Numbered from the stretch's first letter, positions 12,541 to 24,628 are shown. The stretch is 64,000 nucleotides of DNA from Octopus vulgaris (GCA_951406725.2 OX597826.1:67022001-67086000), one strand, 5' to 3'. A program made the numbers and translations. The notes: generated by a model from the sequence alone, not told the origin.

Positions 12541-12668
12541 TCTGCATTACTTGAATATGTGGAGGCGTGTAGCGCATTGTAAATTTCCCTAATAATAGAA
12601 TTTATATGAACGTTAAAATATTATAATTGAGGTGTGTATCCACGTGGACAATGGATGATTGCGGTTGT

Positions 12669-12723
<55 letters not shown>

Positions 12724-12819
12724 TTTTGTTAAACAGCGTCGATTTTTACGACTCTGTAATAATGCAATAATAATAATAGTATTTTATAAGTGATCATATA
12801 AGCCCTCGACGGAAAAAAT

Positions 12820-12900
12820 TGTAGGTTTTCCCGTACGCGTGGGACTGGAACCTACACCTCTTTGTTTACGCCACTAAGTGTACTACCGTTACACCAACGC
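12820..12900 (-). pseudogene. tRNA-like remnant or SINE head
   Basis: Minus strand GCGTTGGTGTAACGGTAG...GGTTCCAGTCCC has A- and B-box-like motifs but no proper cloverleaf. Confidence 0.4.
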
Positions 12901-12965
12901 ATAAACCTGGTTCTTTCTGTCAGATTTAAGAACTATAATTAGTTCGTATATATATATATATATAT

Positions 12966-13246
12966 CACCGTGACCGACCAGGCCATCAGAAGTTGTTCCA
13001 CATCGCTGGTCACAATGCGTTCGCATAGTTTAGCCTTCGAATGACGCCACCCCGCTGGCTAAGCGAGCAGGCCAACAGAAGAAAGAGTGGTGAAAGAGTA
13101 CAGCAGGGATCACCACCCCCTGCCAGAGCCTCGTGGAGCTTTTAGGTGTTTTCGCTCAATAAACACTCACAGCGCCCGATCTGGGAATCGAAACCGCGAT
13201 CCTGCGACCGCGCGTCCGCTGCCCTAACCACTAGGCCATTGCATCT

Positions 13247-13250
<4 letters not shown>
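12966..13250 (-). mobile_element. tRNA-derived SINE family C
   Basis: Head TGGCCTAGTGGTTAGGGCAGCGGAC...GGTTTCGATTCCC. 5' copies on the plus strand at ~38239-38410 and ~38651-38830. Confidence 0.85.
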
Positions 13251-13326
<76 letters not shown>

Positions 13327-13338
13327 GTACATACATAC

Positions 13339-13384
<46 letters not shown>

Positions 13385-13391
13385 GTATGTA

Positions 13392-13422
<31 letters not shown>

Positions 13423-13429
13423 TGCATAA

Positions 13430-13466
<37 letters not shown>

Positions 13467-13566
13467 TAAAAACGGTAAGATAACAAAAGAAAGAAAGAGA
13501 CCTCAATATTATGTAAATAAAGGAAATTTATCTATAAAATAATATGTTACAATTACTCAATAGTCA

Positions 13567-13629
13567 AGATAAAACTCTGAGTTTCAGATGCCGAAGTGGA
13601 AATCCACAACACCATCTCTTCGGTTATCT
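13567..13629 (-). ncRNA. Hammerhead-like motif (U4C variant) in a ~200-bp (TA)n-embedded element
   Basis: AGAUAA-CCGAAGA-GAUG..(GUGGA/UCCAC)..CAUC-U-GAAA-CUC-A-GAG-UU|UUAUCU, with a 6-bp stem I. Confidence 0.6.
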
Positions 13630-13691
13630 GGCCATCTGAAAAACGCTATGAAAAAATACCGTTATATATACATACATACATACATACATAC

Positions 13692-13784
<93 letters not shown>

Positions 13785-14441
13785 TGTGTGTGTATGTATT
13801 AATGCCATGCTCTTCAGCATTTCCAATGTTGCGTCGTCCCTGATTAGTTTACCAATTTTGTTCGTGATATTTATGCACTGATTTCAAGATTTCATGCATG
13901 TTATAAGACCACCTCTAATATGGAAGGGTCTGTGGAATCTGGTCTCAGTAGAATTGTGAATAGTAAATCTTCTCTGTTTTGGTATCAGTGAAGTTTCCTG
14001 TCTTATTGCTACGTCAATGATAGAATTTCTATAAAAATATGTTTAGAACCAGATAAATGTTATATTGCTAAATATTTTCCTGTTTTGTGCCATGTTTACA
14101 TAAAATATTTTTGAATGTGAAACGATTATTGCATGTTGAACGACCACAATGAAGATTCTCCACTAATCCACGAAGCTCTATTATTTAACATTGGTAGTTA
14201 TAATAGGTAATATTGGTAGCTATTATTGTTTAGGATCAAGTCAATTCTATTAAAGCAGACCTATGATCAAACCAATTCGAAACATAATCATCCCGTGTTT
14301 TACATTTTTGATGACAATATCCGATGTATCATTTATGAAACCTACGGTATGATTTGTAGTAGATTTAGCATCTATTTTTAACACGTCATGTGGCCATATT
14401 CAAAATCATTTTTCGGGTCTCGGGCGCTATAGTAGATATTA

Positions 14442-14914
14442 TGAGGGGAAATCAAAAATTATCAACACTTCCGCCATAACGTATTTTTATTATTGTCACA
14501 CTGCCTTCTGCGCATGCGTGCTAATAGCTGGTACTATTGTGGTCACGTGATCGAAGTTTGAACCTGGTAGCGCCATATTTTTTTTTGGCTTTACAGTTTA
14601 AGTATGGCCGCCACACTAAGCGATGTGCACCAAAGAAGAACAAAGAGAAGTGACCTGAGAGATGGTAATGGTGAACCGGTTCACCATTACCACAGAAATC
14701 GGATCACTGCTCTTTGTTCTTCTTTGGTGAACACTGCTAGTGGAGCGGCCATGCTTACACTGTAAAGCCAGAACGAAAAATGGCGCGATCAGGCTCAAAC
14801 TTCGATCACGGGACCACGGTAGTACCAACTATAAGTTCGCATGCGCAGAAATCAGTGAGACAATAATAAAGATCTGTTATAGCGAAAGTACGGATAATTT
14901 TTGACTTCCTCTTG
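14442..14914. mobile_element. Palindromic mariner-derived MITE (two 5' ends head-to-head), TA TSD
   Basis: TIR TA|(C)GAGGGGAAATCAAAAATTATC ... GATAATTTTTGACTTCCTCTTG|TA. The right arm on the minus strand encodes MAAPLAVFTKEEQRAVIRFLW, a mariner transposase N-terminus. Perfect palindromic core at 14663-14692. Confidence 0.85.
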
Positions 14915-15299
14915 TATATAGTTGAGAGAAGGGAAACTAGATAATATTGCTGCCTACATATACTTAGTGTAGGAGCCTCTAATAATTAGATAATTAGTAT
15001 TATTGGCTATAATAGCAACGATAATGACTACTATTGCTGGCTATGATAATTGGTATTCTTGCCTACAGTTAGTCTTTTGACTGAAGTAGTTATCACTGGC
15101 GACTATACTACACAGAAGGCTAAATTGCTCAATATTAGCACAGATGCTATAAATTTCGGATGAACGGGGGCCGCATCACATAAACAAATTTCATACACAA
15201 TTTTATTATTGCAAATATAGTTTACATGAAAAGTTATATAAATATTAAAATATATTCGTTTGTAATAATGTTTATTCATGTAGGTATTTTTTTAAAGCT

Positions 15300-17680
15300 T
15301 ATATTTGTATTAGATTCAGTAAACACGAAATATATTTATATACTAAGTGTTTTCAAAATTTTGACTGCTGATTATTTTAACTATTTTGAGCGTGTTTAGT
15401 ATGGTAATGGACTACAGGAACATCTAATATGCGAATTTGCATTTCAGTAACATAAAATTAGCCTACCTAAAATAAAAATAAAAGCGGTGACAAGGAAAGA
15501 ACATTTTTAAAGATATTTATTTCTTCGTAAATATCTGGACGAAACATGGCGGAAAATAAGCAAAGCAACAAACAAATACAAATGTAAGGAAACTGAAGCT
15601 ATTCTAAATACGTACCACCTTGCAAAATTACAGTCCTATCATAATATTTCTTATGACAACCAGACAGCGATACAATTATCAAGCTAATGCAAATGCTAAT
15701 TACTGCAAGTAGAATTATGTGGAAACTTCATTTTGATTTAGAATCGAAGAACTTCCAACCGTTATGTTGTCAACTTTCTGCAAGATTATTGTAGCAGATG
15801 TTTATTTGTAAATTTTACACTTCATTACAGTCTTCACTGATTCACAGCAATATATTGCACTAAAAATTGTGACAAGTCACACATTATGTTCTTCAGTTTA
15901 GGATATTTTTTTCTGGAATTTCTTTCCAGAATTGAATGGTAGACATGGAATTGTGGTTCGATTTTAAGCCCAGGCTCTCCTGTAAATCCATTTGCTCCAT
16001 GTCCATAGCAGGTGATTCTGTAACCAAAGGTTCACGAACTCGACAACCACGTTTGACTGTATCAATCATGAAAACATTTACAAGAGACTTAAAGTAGACG
16101 TATCAGTCTTGCAAATTATTAAATCTGGTTTGGAAATTTCCAAGTAGTCTTTGTATTTCACCCTTATGTTATTCCAGTTTGTGACCTTTCAATTTCTCCA
16201 TCGGAGAATTGCGTATGCTTCTCTCCTGATTGGGAAAGTGAATGAGGTTTGTTGACAATATGTCTCATTGAAAAATTCCTATTATATTCTGGAAGCTGAA
16301 AATTATCTGAGTAAGATCATAAACAATCATAGACTTCCCTCGAATAATGAAGTTGAGAGTTTGTAGATGATTTATTATATCAGTAAGGAACATCAGTCCA
16401 TGTATTCATTTAGCATTTTCCAGTTTAAGATAGGATCTTTTCTTTCAGAAAAATAATAATGGGCTAATAATATACTCAAAAGAATCCACGAACATACTTA
16501 AGGAATTTCTGTTTGACAATCATCTTACATTGACGTAGAAGGAGATATCACATGGTTTATCTTTAAGCTTCAGTCGTTCAATAACAGCTCATAAATGAGA
16601 AGGCGGGCTTTCTCATTTAAGCTTATGAAATTGACAAAATCAAGGGAAGATTTCATAATCAACTAATTATACACTAAACAGATTTCATTCTTCAGAGTGT
16701 ATTGTGCAAAAATATTTAACTTGCATCATACAACCGGATAGAGAAGATTTCATAGCAAATTATACTTGAAGTATTTGGCTGTCATTTATTCACGACGCAT
16801 AATGCAAAGAACTAGGAAAAATTGTGGAAAAAATGTTCATAAATACAATTAAACTTGCATTTCCTTCTACCATCGCAGGTTTTGCATTTGTTGCAACACT
16901 AACGAGTTTTATTCAATGGAATATCAGCATTTGTTAAGGCTCTGTTGAGTGTATTTATAATGCGAACATTACGAGTTGCTTCTTTTAATATCACCAGCTC
17001 CAACATCTCTTCTGCTCACAGTTACATCAAAGGAAACATTACGAACAAAATTTGTCAGTCACGGGTTATCTTGTATGCCTGGAGATTCACCAGGGGCTAA
17101 AACCACTACAAAGTATTTCTTTAAAACATTTTGCCTTCTTGCTTGCAACCAACCTCAGGGAAGAGATACGCTTCTTTATAGTGTGACGTGAAACTGCTGT
17201 TTGTGTTATTAGTCGCCGAAGTTTTGTGCTTTTTAGATATAATATTGTAACAACTTCAGCCATATTCTTCTTATCAAACTCGGTTTTAGAATAAATGCGT
17301 TTAGCAAGAGTGATATTTCATGACATAAAACTTACTCCATTCATTATGTCGGTTTCTTTTGCGGAACGTTGTCAACGGTATCTAATGGCGATTTAATGAT
17401 GATTTGAGCAAAGACAACTTGTGTACCCTGAGGTTTGATTTAGGTAGAAAATCATACGATAAGTTTTGGTAATTTACTTCACAGTGACGTTTCAAGTTAC
17501 AGGTTTTAGTAGGTGGCTCATGGCCAATGACTCACAGGGGTTTACCTTCATTAACGGTGAATGTAGGAAGAAATTTTTTCTTCCTACTATTGAGGCATAA
17601 AATTTCTGTTTTCGCCTTCATATTTTAGTATCTTACAGTTTTTTTTTCTTTCAGACAATACTTGAATTTCAAATGAACCA
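15300..17680 (-). pseudogene. Decayed hAT transposase (GTF2IRD2/SPIN/Buster-like)
   Basis: Minus-strand fragments in the expected order: ENRNF..., GKPL..., NLKRH; AVSRHTIKKRISSL; LAPGESPGIQDNP*L..FVR; EMLELVILKEATR; LVSVATNAKPAMVEG (decayed TDGAPAMVG); LCIMRRE (decayed HCIIH). Many stops and frameshifts. Confidence 0.85.
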
Positions 17681-18446
17681 TGTGGGCAGACAACATAAAA
17701 CCACCACCAACACCACTGACGACGATGACGATAATCTTTTACATAAATATTTTAATGTTATTTCAATTTATTTCGGTCTAATAAATATTTAAGAAAGAAA
17801 TGGCGGTTGACTTGGTCTTAAACATTTTGCAATTTATTTCAATCTTTTCTATAAATATTTAAAAGTTTTTTCAACAAGCTTTTACGATTCCTTCTCTTTG
17901 AATGAAGAGACTTATGATCAAAAGTATACCAGAAATGACCACCACGTCTTTTTCGTTAGTAGAAGGAATCCAAAACCATATTTATTCAATGTGATCTCTT
18001 TAAGAAGTGAGTTTGTGATTTCAGGGAGGTTTGATTGCGATTTTTTACACGTTTGAGTTCCGACACAAAAAATGGCTCGTACAGGCTCTGTTGTGTTGTA
18101 TGTGTGTGAAAAGCTGAAAGGAAGAGTTTAGCTTTCGGGGTGGGGCGGTTACATGTGTTAATAATTAGTGCAACATAAAGGAGGCGAGCTGTCAGGATCG
18201 GTAGCATGCCGAGGTATATGCTTAACGGCATTTCGTCCGTCTTTGCCTTCTAAGTTCAAGTGTCGCTGAGGTCGACTTTGTCTTTCATCCTTTTCAAGGT
18301 CGATAAAATAAGTACCTGTTGAATACTGGGGTTAATGTAAGTATTTATAGTATTGCTCGCTACAGTAGCTATTGAACATTAGAGTAAATTTATATTGTAC
18401 ATTATTTACATTCGACGGATATTTGTCCTCATCTTGTTTGTTGTTA

Positions 18447-18490
18447 ACACAACGTTTCGGCTGATATAACCTCCAGCCTTCTTCAGGTGT
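18447..18490 (-). ncRNA. Minimal hammerhead ribozyme, intact core
   Basis: ACAC-CUGAAGA-A-GGCUG-gagguuauau-CAGCC-GAAA-CG-UU|GUGU. The loopless palindromic stem III (AACGUU) implies a dimeric fold. Confidence 0.8.
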
Positions 18491-18538
18491 CTTGGGGGAA
18501 ATTTCGAACCTGGGTTCATTCCTAAAGGTATTCTTCGA

Positions 18539-18623
<85 letters not shown>

Positions 18624-18634
18624 GTTGTTGTTCA

Positions 18635-18707
18635 GGTCACTGTTTTGAATCGAACTCGGAATCTTGGGGTTAGTAGCCCGCGCTCTTAACCACTACGCCA
18701 TATGCCC
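18635..18707 (-). promoter_or_regulatory. tRNA-derived Pol III internal promoter head
   Basis: GGGCATATGGCGTAGTGGTTAAGAGCGCGGGCTACTAACCCCAAGATTCCGAGTTCGATTC has A box TGGCGTAGTGG, B box GAGTTCGATTC and an anticodon-like arm GGG-CT-ACT-AA-CCC. The acceptor stem is degenerate. Confidence 0.75.
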
Positions 18708-18710
18708 AAA

Positions 18711-18754
18711 ACACCTGAAGAAGGCTGGAGGGTATATCAGCCGAAACGTTGTGT
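18711..18754 (+). ncRNA. Minimal hammerhead ribozyme, intact core
   Basis: ACAC-CUGAAGA-A-GGCUG-gaggguauau-CAGCC-GAAA-CG-UU|GUGU. Confidence 0.8.
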
Positions 18755-19349
18755 TAACAGCAAACAAGATGAGGACAAATATCCGTCGAATGTAAATAAT
18801 GTAAATAATGTACATAATTCCTCATCTCTTTATCATAGAACTAAATTTATATTGGTTTCATATTTTGGTACAAGACTAGCAATTTCGAGTGAGGGATTAA
18901 ATAGATTACATCGACCCCCCCACCCTTTGCTCAAATGGTACTTAGTTTATCGACCCCGGTGCTTAACTGGTACTTACTTTATCGACCCCGAAAAGTTGAA
19001 AGGCAAAGTCAACCTCATGTTGCATTTGAACTCAGATGACAATAGTAATTAATATAAATATGAGACAAGGCGGCGAGATGGCAGAATCGTTTGAAGCCAA
19101 TATTATGACTGATGGTGATAGAAGATAGAATTGTTAGCTAGTTAGTATTGATGGTTTTAGTGGTTAGTATTGGCGGCTAAAATTCGAATTTATGGCTTTA
19201 GTTCTTTAGTTTTAATGGTGGCTATACTAATGATTATTGTAATTGATATTGATGGTTTATAGTGTTAGCTATTAGTAGCTTTAGTAGTTAGTATTGATGA
19301 CTATCGTAGATTCTGATACCTATTGCAGTTAATATTATCAACAATAGTA

Positions 19350-19748
19350 AGGCGCTGAGCTGGTAAAAACGTTAGCACGCCGGGCGAAATACTTTGCGGT
19401 ATTTCGTCTGCCGCTACGTTCTGAGTTCAAATTCCGCCGAGGTCGACTTTGCCTTTCATCCTTTCGGGGTCGATAAATTAAGTACCAGTTACGCACTGGG
19501 GTTGATGTAATCGACTTAATCCGTATGTCTGTCCTTGTTTGTCCCCTCTATGTTTAGCCCCTTGTGAGTAGTAAAGAAATAGGTATTTCGTCTGCCGCTA
19601 CGTTCTGAGTTCAAATTCCGCCGTGGTCAACATTGCCTTTCATCCTTTCGGGGTCGATAAATTAAGTACCAGTTTCGTATTGGGATCGACCTAATCGTCT
19701 GGCTCCCTCCCTCAAAATTTCGAGCCTTGTGTCTAGAGTAGAAAAGAT
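19350..19748 (+). mobile_element. SINE family B dimer (head-body-tail2-body-tail1)
   Basis: The second body starts GGTATTTCGTCTGCCG directly after tail2 ...GTAGTAAAGAAATA. Confidence 0.9.
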
Positions 19749-19789
19749 AGGAGCCCACTATAACTATTCAAGTACTGGCAACATGTCAC

Positions 19790-20555
19790 GCCCCAGCGGC
19801 TCTCGTTCTGGAAATATTTGATGAAAGCAAAACTTCCGACCATCCGTAGCATGTAAATCTCCCAATAACACCACCTGTAAATGGGCTCCACCTGTTTCTC
19901 AAATCTAGGATTGGTAGATTCTTACCTGACTGCACCATCTCCTCGTGTGCTGAAGGAACACTTTCTGTCTCTTATTCTTTTTACTTGGGCGTACTTCAGG
20001 GTTCGTTTTTGTTCCTTCTTTTCCTTAAACATTAATGATTTCCCGTCATGTCCAACAACTCTGAATATTATGCAGCTGGCACTACCCTTCACAGTTCGCC
20101 AAACTCTTCAACCATCATCATCGTCTTGCAACCAAGATGCTATTTGTCAAACAGGTAGCCCTCTCGTCTCTCGAGGATCATACTTTACAGAGAACTTGCA
20201 ATCGGAACAAGAGCCAGAGGAGGCCCGAAATTCCGTTTTAAAGATCAGCTCGAACGGATCCTGGCTCAAACTAACATCCAACCATCCTCATGGGAATAGA
20301 TTGCCATGGATAGGATAGCCTGGAGGAATACTATCCGCAATCGAGCCAGCTCCTTCGAGTAGAACAGACAACAGAGTGAAGAAGTAAAACGCAGAAGAAA
20401 GGAGCGTCTTCAACATTCTTGACCCGCACCGACCATCCCGTGCCAATTCTGCCCACGACTCTTTCACCACAATCGGCACAAACAACTGCCGAAGAGACTG
20501 GATGGAGACTGACGAACCCAATTCTCGGATACGAGCTTGAGCCGACGACTGATTC
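19790..20555 (+). pseudogene. 3' fragment of an RTE (BovB/RTE-1-like) LINE
   Basis: Reads RIILYRELAIGTRARGGPKFRFKDQLERILAQTNIQPSSWE*IAMDRIAWRNTIR, then the PCQFCPRLF Zn-finger-like motif, which matches a typical RTE C-terminus. Confidence 0.85.
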
Positions 20556-20823
20556 CATGCACAGGGACCTCGAAAGCATCACCCAATGGAAAATGATAAA
20601 CTCGTCTCTTTCAAAACGCAATATCCTCGACCCGCACCGAGCAAAATGATTTGCAGTATTCATTTCAGCAGCTTTAAATTCTGAGTTCAAATCCAGCTAG
20701 GGTCAGCTTTGATTTTCACCCTCTCAAGGTGAATAAATTACCGTACCAATCCAATACAGGGGCCGATGGCATCATCTTACTACATCCCTTAAATTTTCTG
20801 GCCTCGAACCAAAATCAGAAACC

Positions 20824-21054
20824 TATTTCTTTATTACCCACAAGGGGCTAAACACAGAGGGGACAAACAAGGTCAGACATAGGTATTAAGTCGATTACAT
20901 CGACCCCAGTGCGTAACTGGTACTTAATTTATCGGCCCCGAAAGGATGAAAGGCAAAGTTGACCTCGGCGGAATTTGAACTCACAACATAACGCAGACGA
21001 AATACCGCTAAGCATTTCGCCCGGCGTGCTAATGTTTCTGCCAGCTCGCCGCCT
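20824..21054 (-). mobile_element. Near-consensus SINE family B (tail2) flanked by a ~170-bp direct duplication
   Basis: The flanks 20653-20823 and 21058-21226 are roughly 90% identical direct repeats. Confidence 0.9.
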
Positions 21055-21576
21055 TTGTAGTATTCGTTTCAGCTCTTTACATTCTGAGTTCAAATCCAGC
21101 TAGGGTCAGCTTTGATTTTCACCTTTTCAAGGTCAATAAATTACCGTACCAATCCAATACAGGGGCCAATGGCATCAACTTACCACATCCCTTAAATTTT
21201 CTGGACTCGAACCAATATCAGAAACCATTACATCAGTTCTCCTTTCTATGTTCTGCGTTCAAGCAACGCAACTGTAATTTACTTTACATAATATCATAAT
21301 TCGAGCATCCACTCGTAATAAACTACCAGTAATACAATGGACAATTAATTTAATAACACAGACAGTAAAAAAAATCGACATTTTGGCATCATAAAAAGGA
21401 AATCAAAGGTTGTCCTTTTGAGTTTTAATTAGTGTACTTTAATTGACAATTTTATTATGGTGCAATCAATATTATTATTTTGTCGATAATATTTACGGCC
21501 CAAAAACTTATATTTACCATCGTCTCCACTAATAGATTCCAAGCATACAAATATACGTATATACGTATATATGTAG

Positions 21577-21638
<62 letters not shown>

Positions 21639-21640
21639 AG

Positions 21641-21695
<55 letters not shown>

Positions 21696-21929
21696 CGTGC
21701 ATATGTGTGTGTGTTTGTGTGTGTGTGTGTATGTATGTATCTGTGTGTGTATGTGTGTGTATGCGTGCGTATATGTGTGTGTGTTTGTGTATATATATAT
21801 ATATATATATATACACACAGAGATACAGATAGCTTCATACAGACATACATATGCTCGAACGCACGCTCACGAGAGAAAGAGAGAGAAAGAGAGTGAAAGA
21901 GAGAGAAAAAGAGAGAGAGAAATGCAGTG

Positions 21930-21960
<31 letters not shown>

Positions 21961-22223
21961 CGGAGAGAATGTGAGAGAAGTATACAGAAAAACAGAGAGG
22001 AGGTGGGGCATTGTGGTTTTCGTTTCCCGAGGACAAAAATTCATGAAGGTGGCTAAAAAAAATAGAAGTAAATCACAAACATATACACACATATATACTT
22101 ACACACACATACGCTCACACACACACATGTTATGTATATACGTATATGCATGTACGTCTAGTGTGAGCAAGCATGCATGTGTATAATGTGTGCGTTTGTA
22201 TTTATACAAAAACTACATACATA

Positions 22224-22630
22224 GGCGCAGGAATGGCTGAGTGGTAAGTAGCTTGCTAACCAACCACATGGTTCCGGGTTCAGTCTCACTGCGTGGCATC
22301 TTGGGCATCCGGGCCGACCAATGCCTTGTGAGTGGATTTGGTAGACGGAAACTGAAAGAAGCCTGTCGTATATATGTATATATATATATATATATATATA
22401 GGTGTGTGTGTATATGTTTGTGTGTCTGTGTTTGTCCCTCTAACATTGCTTGACAACCGATGCTGGTGTGTTTACGTCCCCGTCACTTTGCGGTTCGGCA
22501 AAAGAGACCGATAGAATAAGTACTGGGCTTACAAAAGAATAAGTCCCGGGGTCGAGTTGCTCGACTAAAGGCGGTGCTCCAGCATGGCCGCAGTCAAATG
22601 AGTGAAACAAGTAAAAGAGAGTAAAGAGTA
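22224..22630 (+). mobile_element. SINE family A, full length
   Basis: Runs from GGCGCAGGAATGGCTGAGTGG to GAAACAAGTAAAAGAGAGTAAAGAGTA. Confidence 0.9.
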
Positions 22631-22772
22631 TATGTTGTGACGGTAGCTGGAGGCTGACATTACGATAATATTAATGGTGCTGATGGTGTTGATGTTGATG
22701 GTGTTGGTCGTGGTGGTGGCGTTGGTATTGTTGCTGCCTGTATTGCGGCATTGTTGCTTAACCCTAGCTAAA

Positions 22773-23766
22773 TTCTTTCCTGCTCTAGGCACAAAGTCCG
22801 AAATTTTGGAGAGGAGGGCGGGCAGTCTATTAGATCGGCTCCAGTACGCAACTGGTACTTAATATATCGACCCCCAAGAAGGATGAAATGCAAAGTCGAC
22901 CTAGGCGGAATTTGAACTCAGAACATGAAGAACACATCGCTAAGCATTTCGCCCGACGTGCTAACGATTCTGATCTCTTTACTGCCCACAAGGTGCTAAA
23001 CATACAGGGGATAAACAAGGACGGACAAACGGATTAAGTCGATTATATCGACTCCAGTGCATAACTGGTACTTAATTTATCGACCCCGAAAGGATGAAAG
23101 CCAAAGTTGACCACGGTATAATTTGAACGCAGAACGTAAAGACATACAAAATACCTATTTCTTTACTACCCACAAGGGGCTAAACACAGAAGGGACAAAC
23201 AAGGACAGACAAACGGATTAAGTCGATTATATCGACCTCAGTGCGTAACTGGTACTTATTTAATCGACCCCGAAAGGATGAAAGGCAAAGTCGACCTCGG
23301 CGGAATTTGAACTCAGAACGTAACGGCAGGCCAAATACAGCTACGCATTTCGCCCGGCGTGTTAGCGTTTTTGCCAGCTCGACGCCGTTGTTAACTGTCA
23401 CATAATCTTTTCTACTGTAGGGAGAAGACCCGAAATATTTTGGGAGGAGGCCAGTCGATTAGGCCGATCCCAGTACGCCACTAGTATTTATTTTATCGAC
23501 CCGAAAGGATGAAGGGCAAAGTCGACCTTGGCGGAATATGAACTCAGAACATAAAGACAGACAAAATATCGCTAAGCATTTCGTCCAGCGTGCTAACGTT
23601 TCTTATTTCTTTATTGCCCAAACGGGGCTAAATATAGAGGGGACAAACAAGGATAGACAAAAGGATTAAGTCGAGTATATCGACCCCAGTGCGTTACTGG
23701 TATTTAATTTATCGACCCCGAAACTATGAAAGGCAAAGTCAACCTCGGTGGAATTGGAACTCAGAG
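22773..23766 (-). mobile_element. SINE family B tandem arrays
   Basis: A trimer at 22773-23387 and a dimer at 23405-23766. Confidence 0.88.
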
Positions 23767-23994
23767 GCTACAACTTCCTCCGTTAGTGGCACAATTTCCA
23801 CCGACGGGACTTCGGAAAATGCCAGCAGTGTATTAATCCCCAGCACTGTTCCCTTTTTCTTCTTTTTTCTCCCCTTTGCTACGAGAGGGTGTAGTTCCTC
23901 TGCTTTAACCGGAGGATCTTCTCTAGCTACCGCAACCATTGTTGTCCACCTTCTTATCAAACTTCTTATCACACAGTCACGCCTGTACCTCTGC

Positions 23995-24548
23995 TTATTT
24001 AGTTTTTTATTTTTAATTTTTTTAAAGCCTGGCACTTATTCTATCCGTTCCTTTTACCGAATTTTATGGGGACGTAACCAAACCAACATCGGTTGAAAAA
24101 GCGTTGATTGTGGACAAACGCAGACGCAAAGATACACACAAGTGTATATTATATACACATATGTGTGTATATATATATATATAATGCACTGTGTCTATTA
24201 AATAATATATATATATATATCAAATGAATAATGACAGACTATGGATAATTGTCAACTGACATACAACTAACGTCAGTCATTATTCATTTGATTATAATAC
24301 TCTAAAAGGATTTATGACTTGTCGGACACCCTAGAGTATACCAATAAGTATAAGACAACGTAACGTGTGCTTTGGACCAGCCCCTTGGGGCTAAACACTC
24401 ATAGGGTTGCTTTTCTCTGTGCACACAACCGGAATATCTTATTTGGTAATTACCAAACATTGGCCGGAGGCACAGATTTATCCAACCCTATCTGGAGCAT
24501 TACCCGATTCTATCTGAACCCTTATTTTACTGTATGTATGTATGTATG

Positions 24549-24579
<31 letters not shown>

Positions 24580-24594
24580 TATCTATCTATATTT

Positions 24595-24628
<34 letters not shown>

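Larger units (their letters stand above)
18398..18841. mobile_element. Composite retroelement: tRNA head + (AAC/AAT)n + hammerhead tail (minus), fused to an inverted hammerhead tail (plus); 13-bp TSD
   Basis: TSD TAAATTTATATTG at 18385-18397 and 18842-18854. Inverted arms at ~18396-18490 and 18711-18814. tRNA-like segment at 18707-18635. Confidence 0.85.

Noticed and set aside
18635-18707. Functional tRNA gene with anticodon ACT
   Set aside because: The acceptor and T stems do not pair and it lies inside a TSD-bounded repeat, so I treat it as a SINE-type head.
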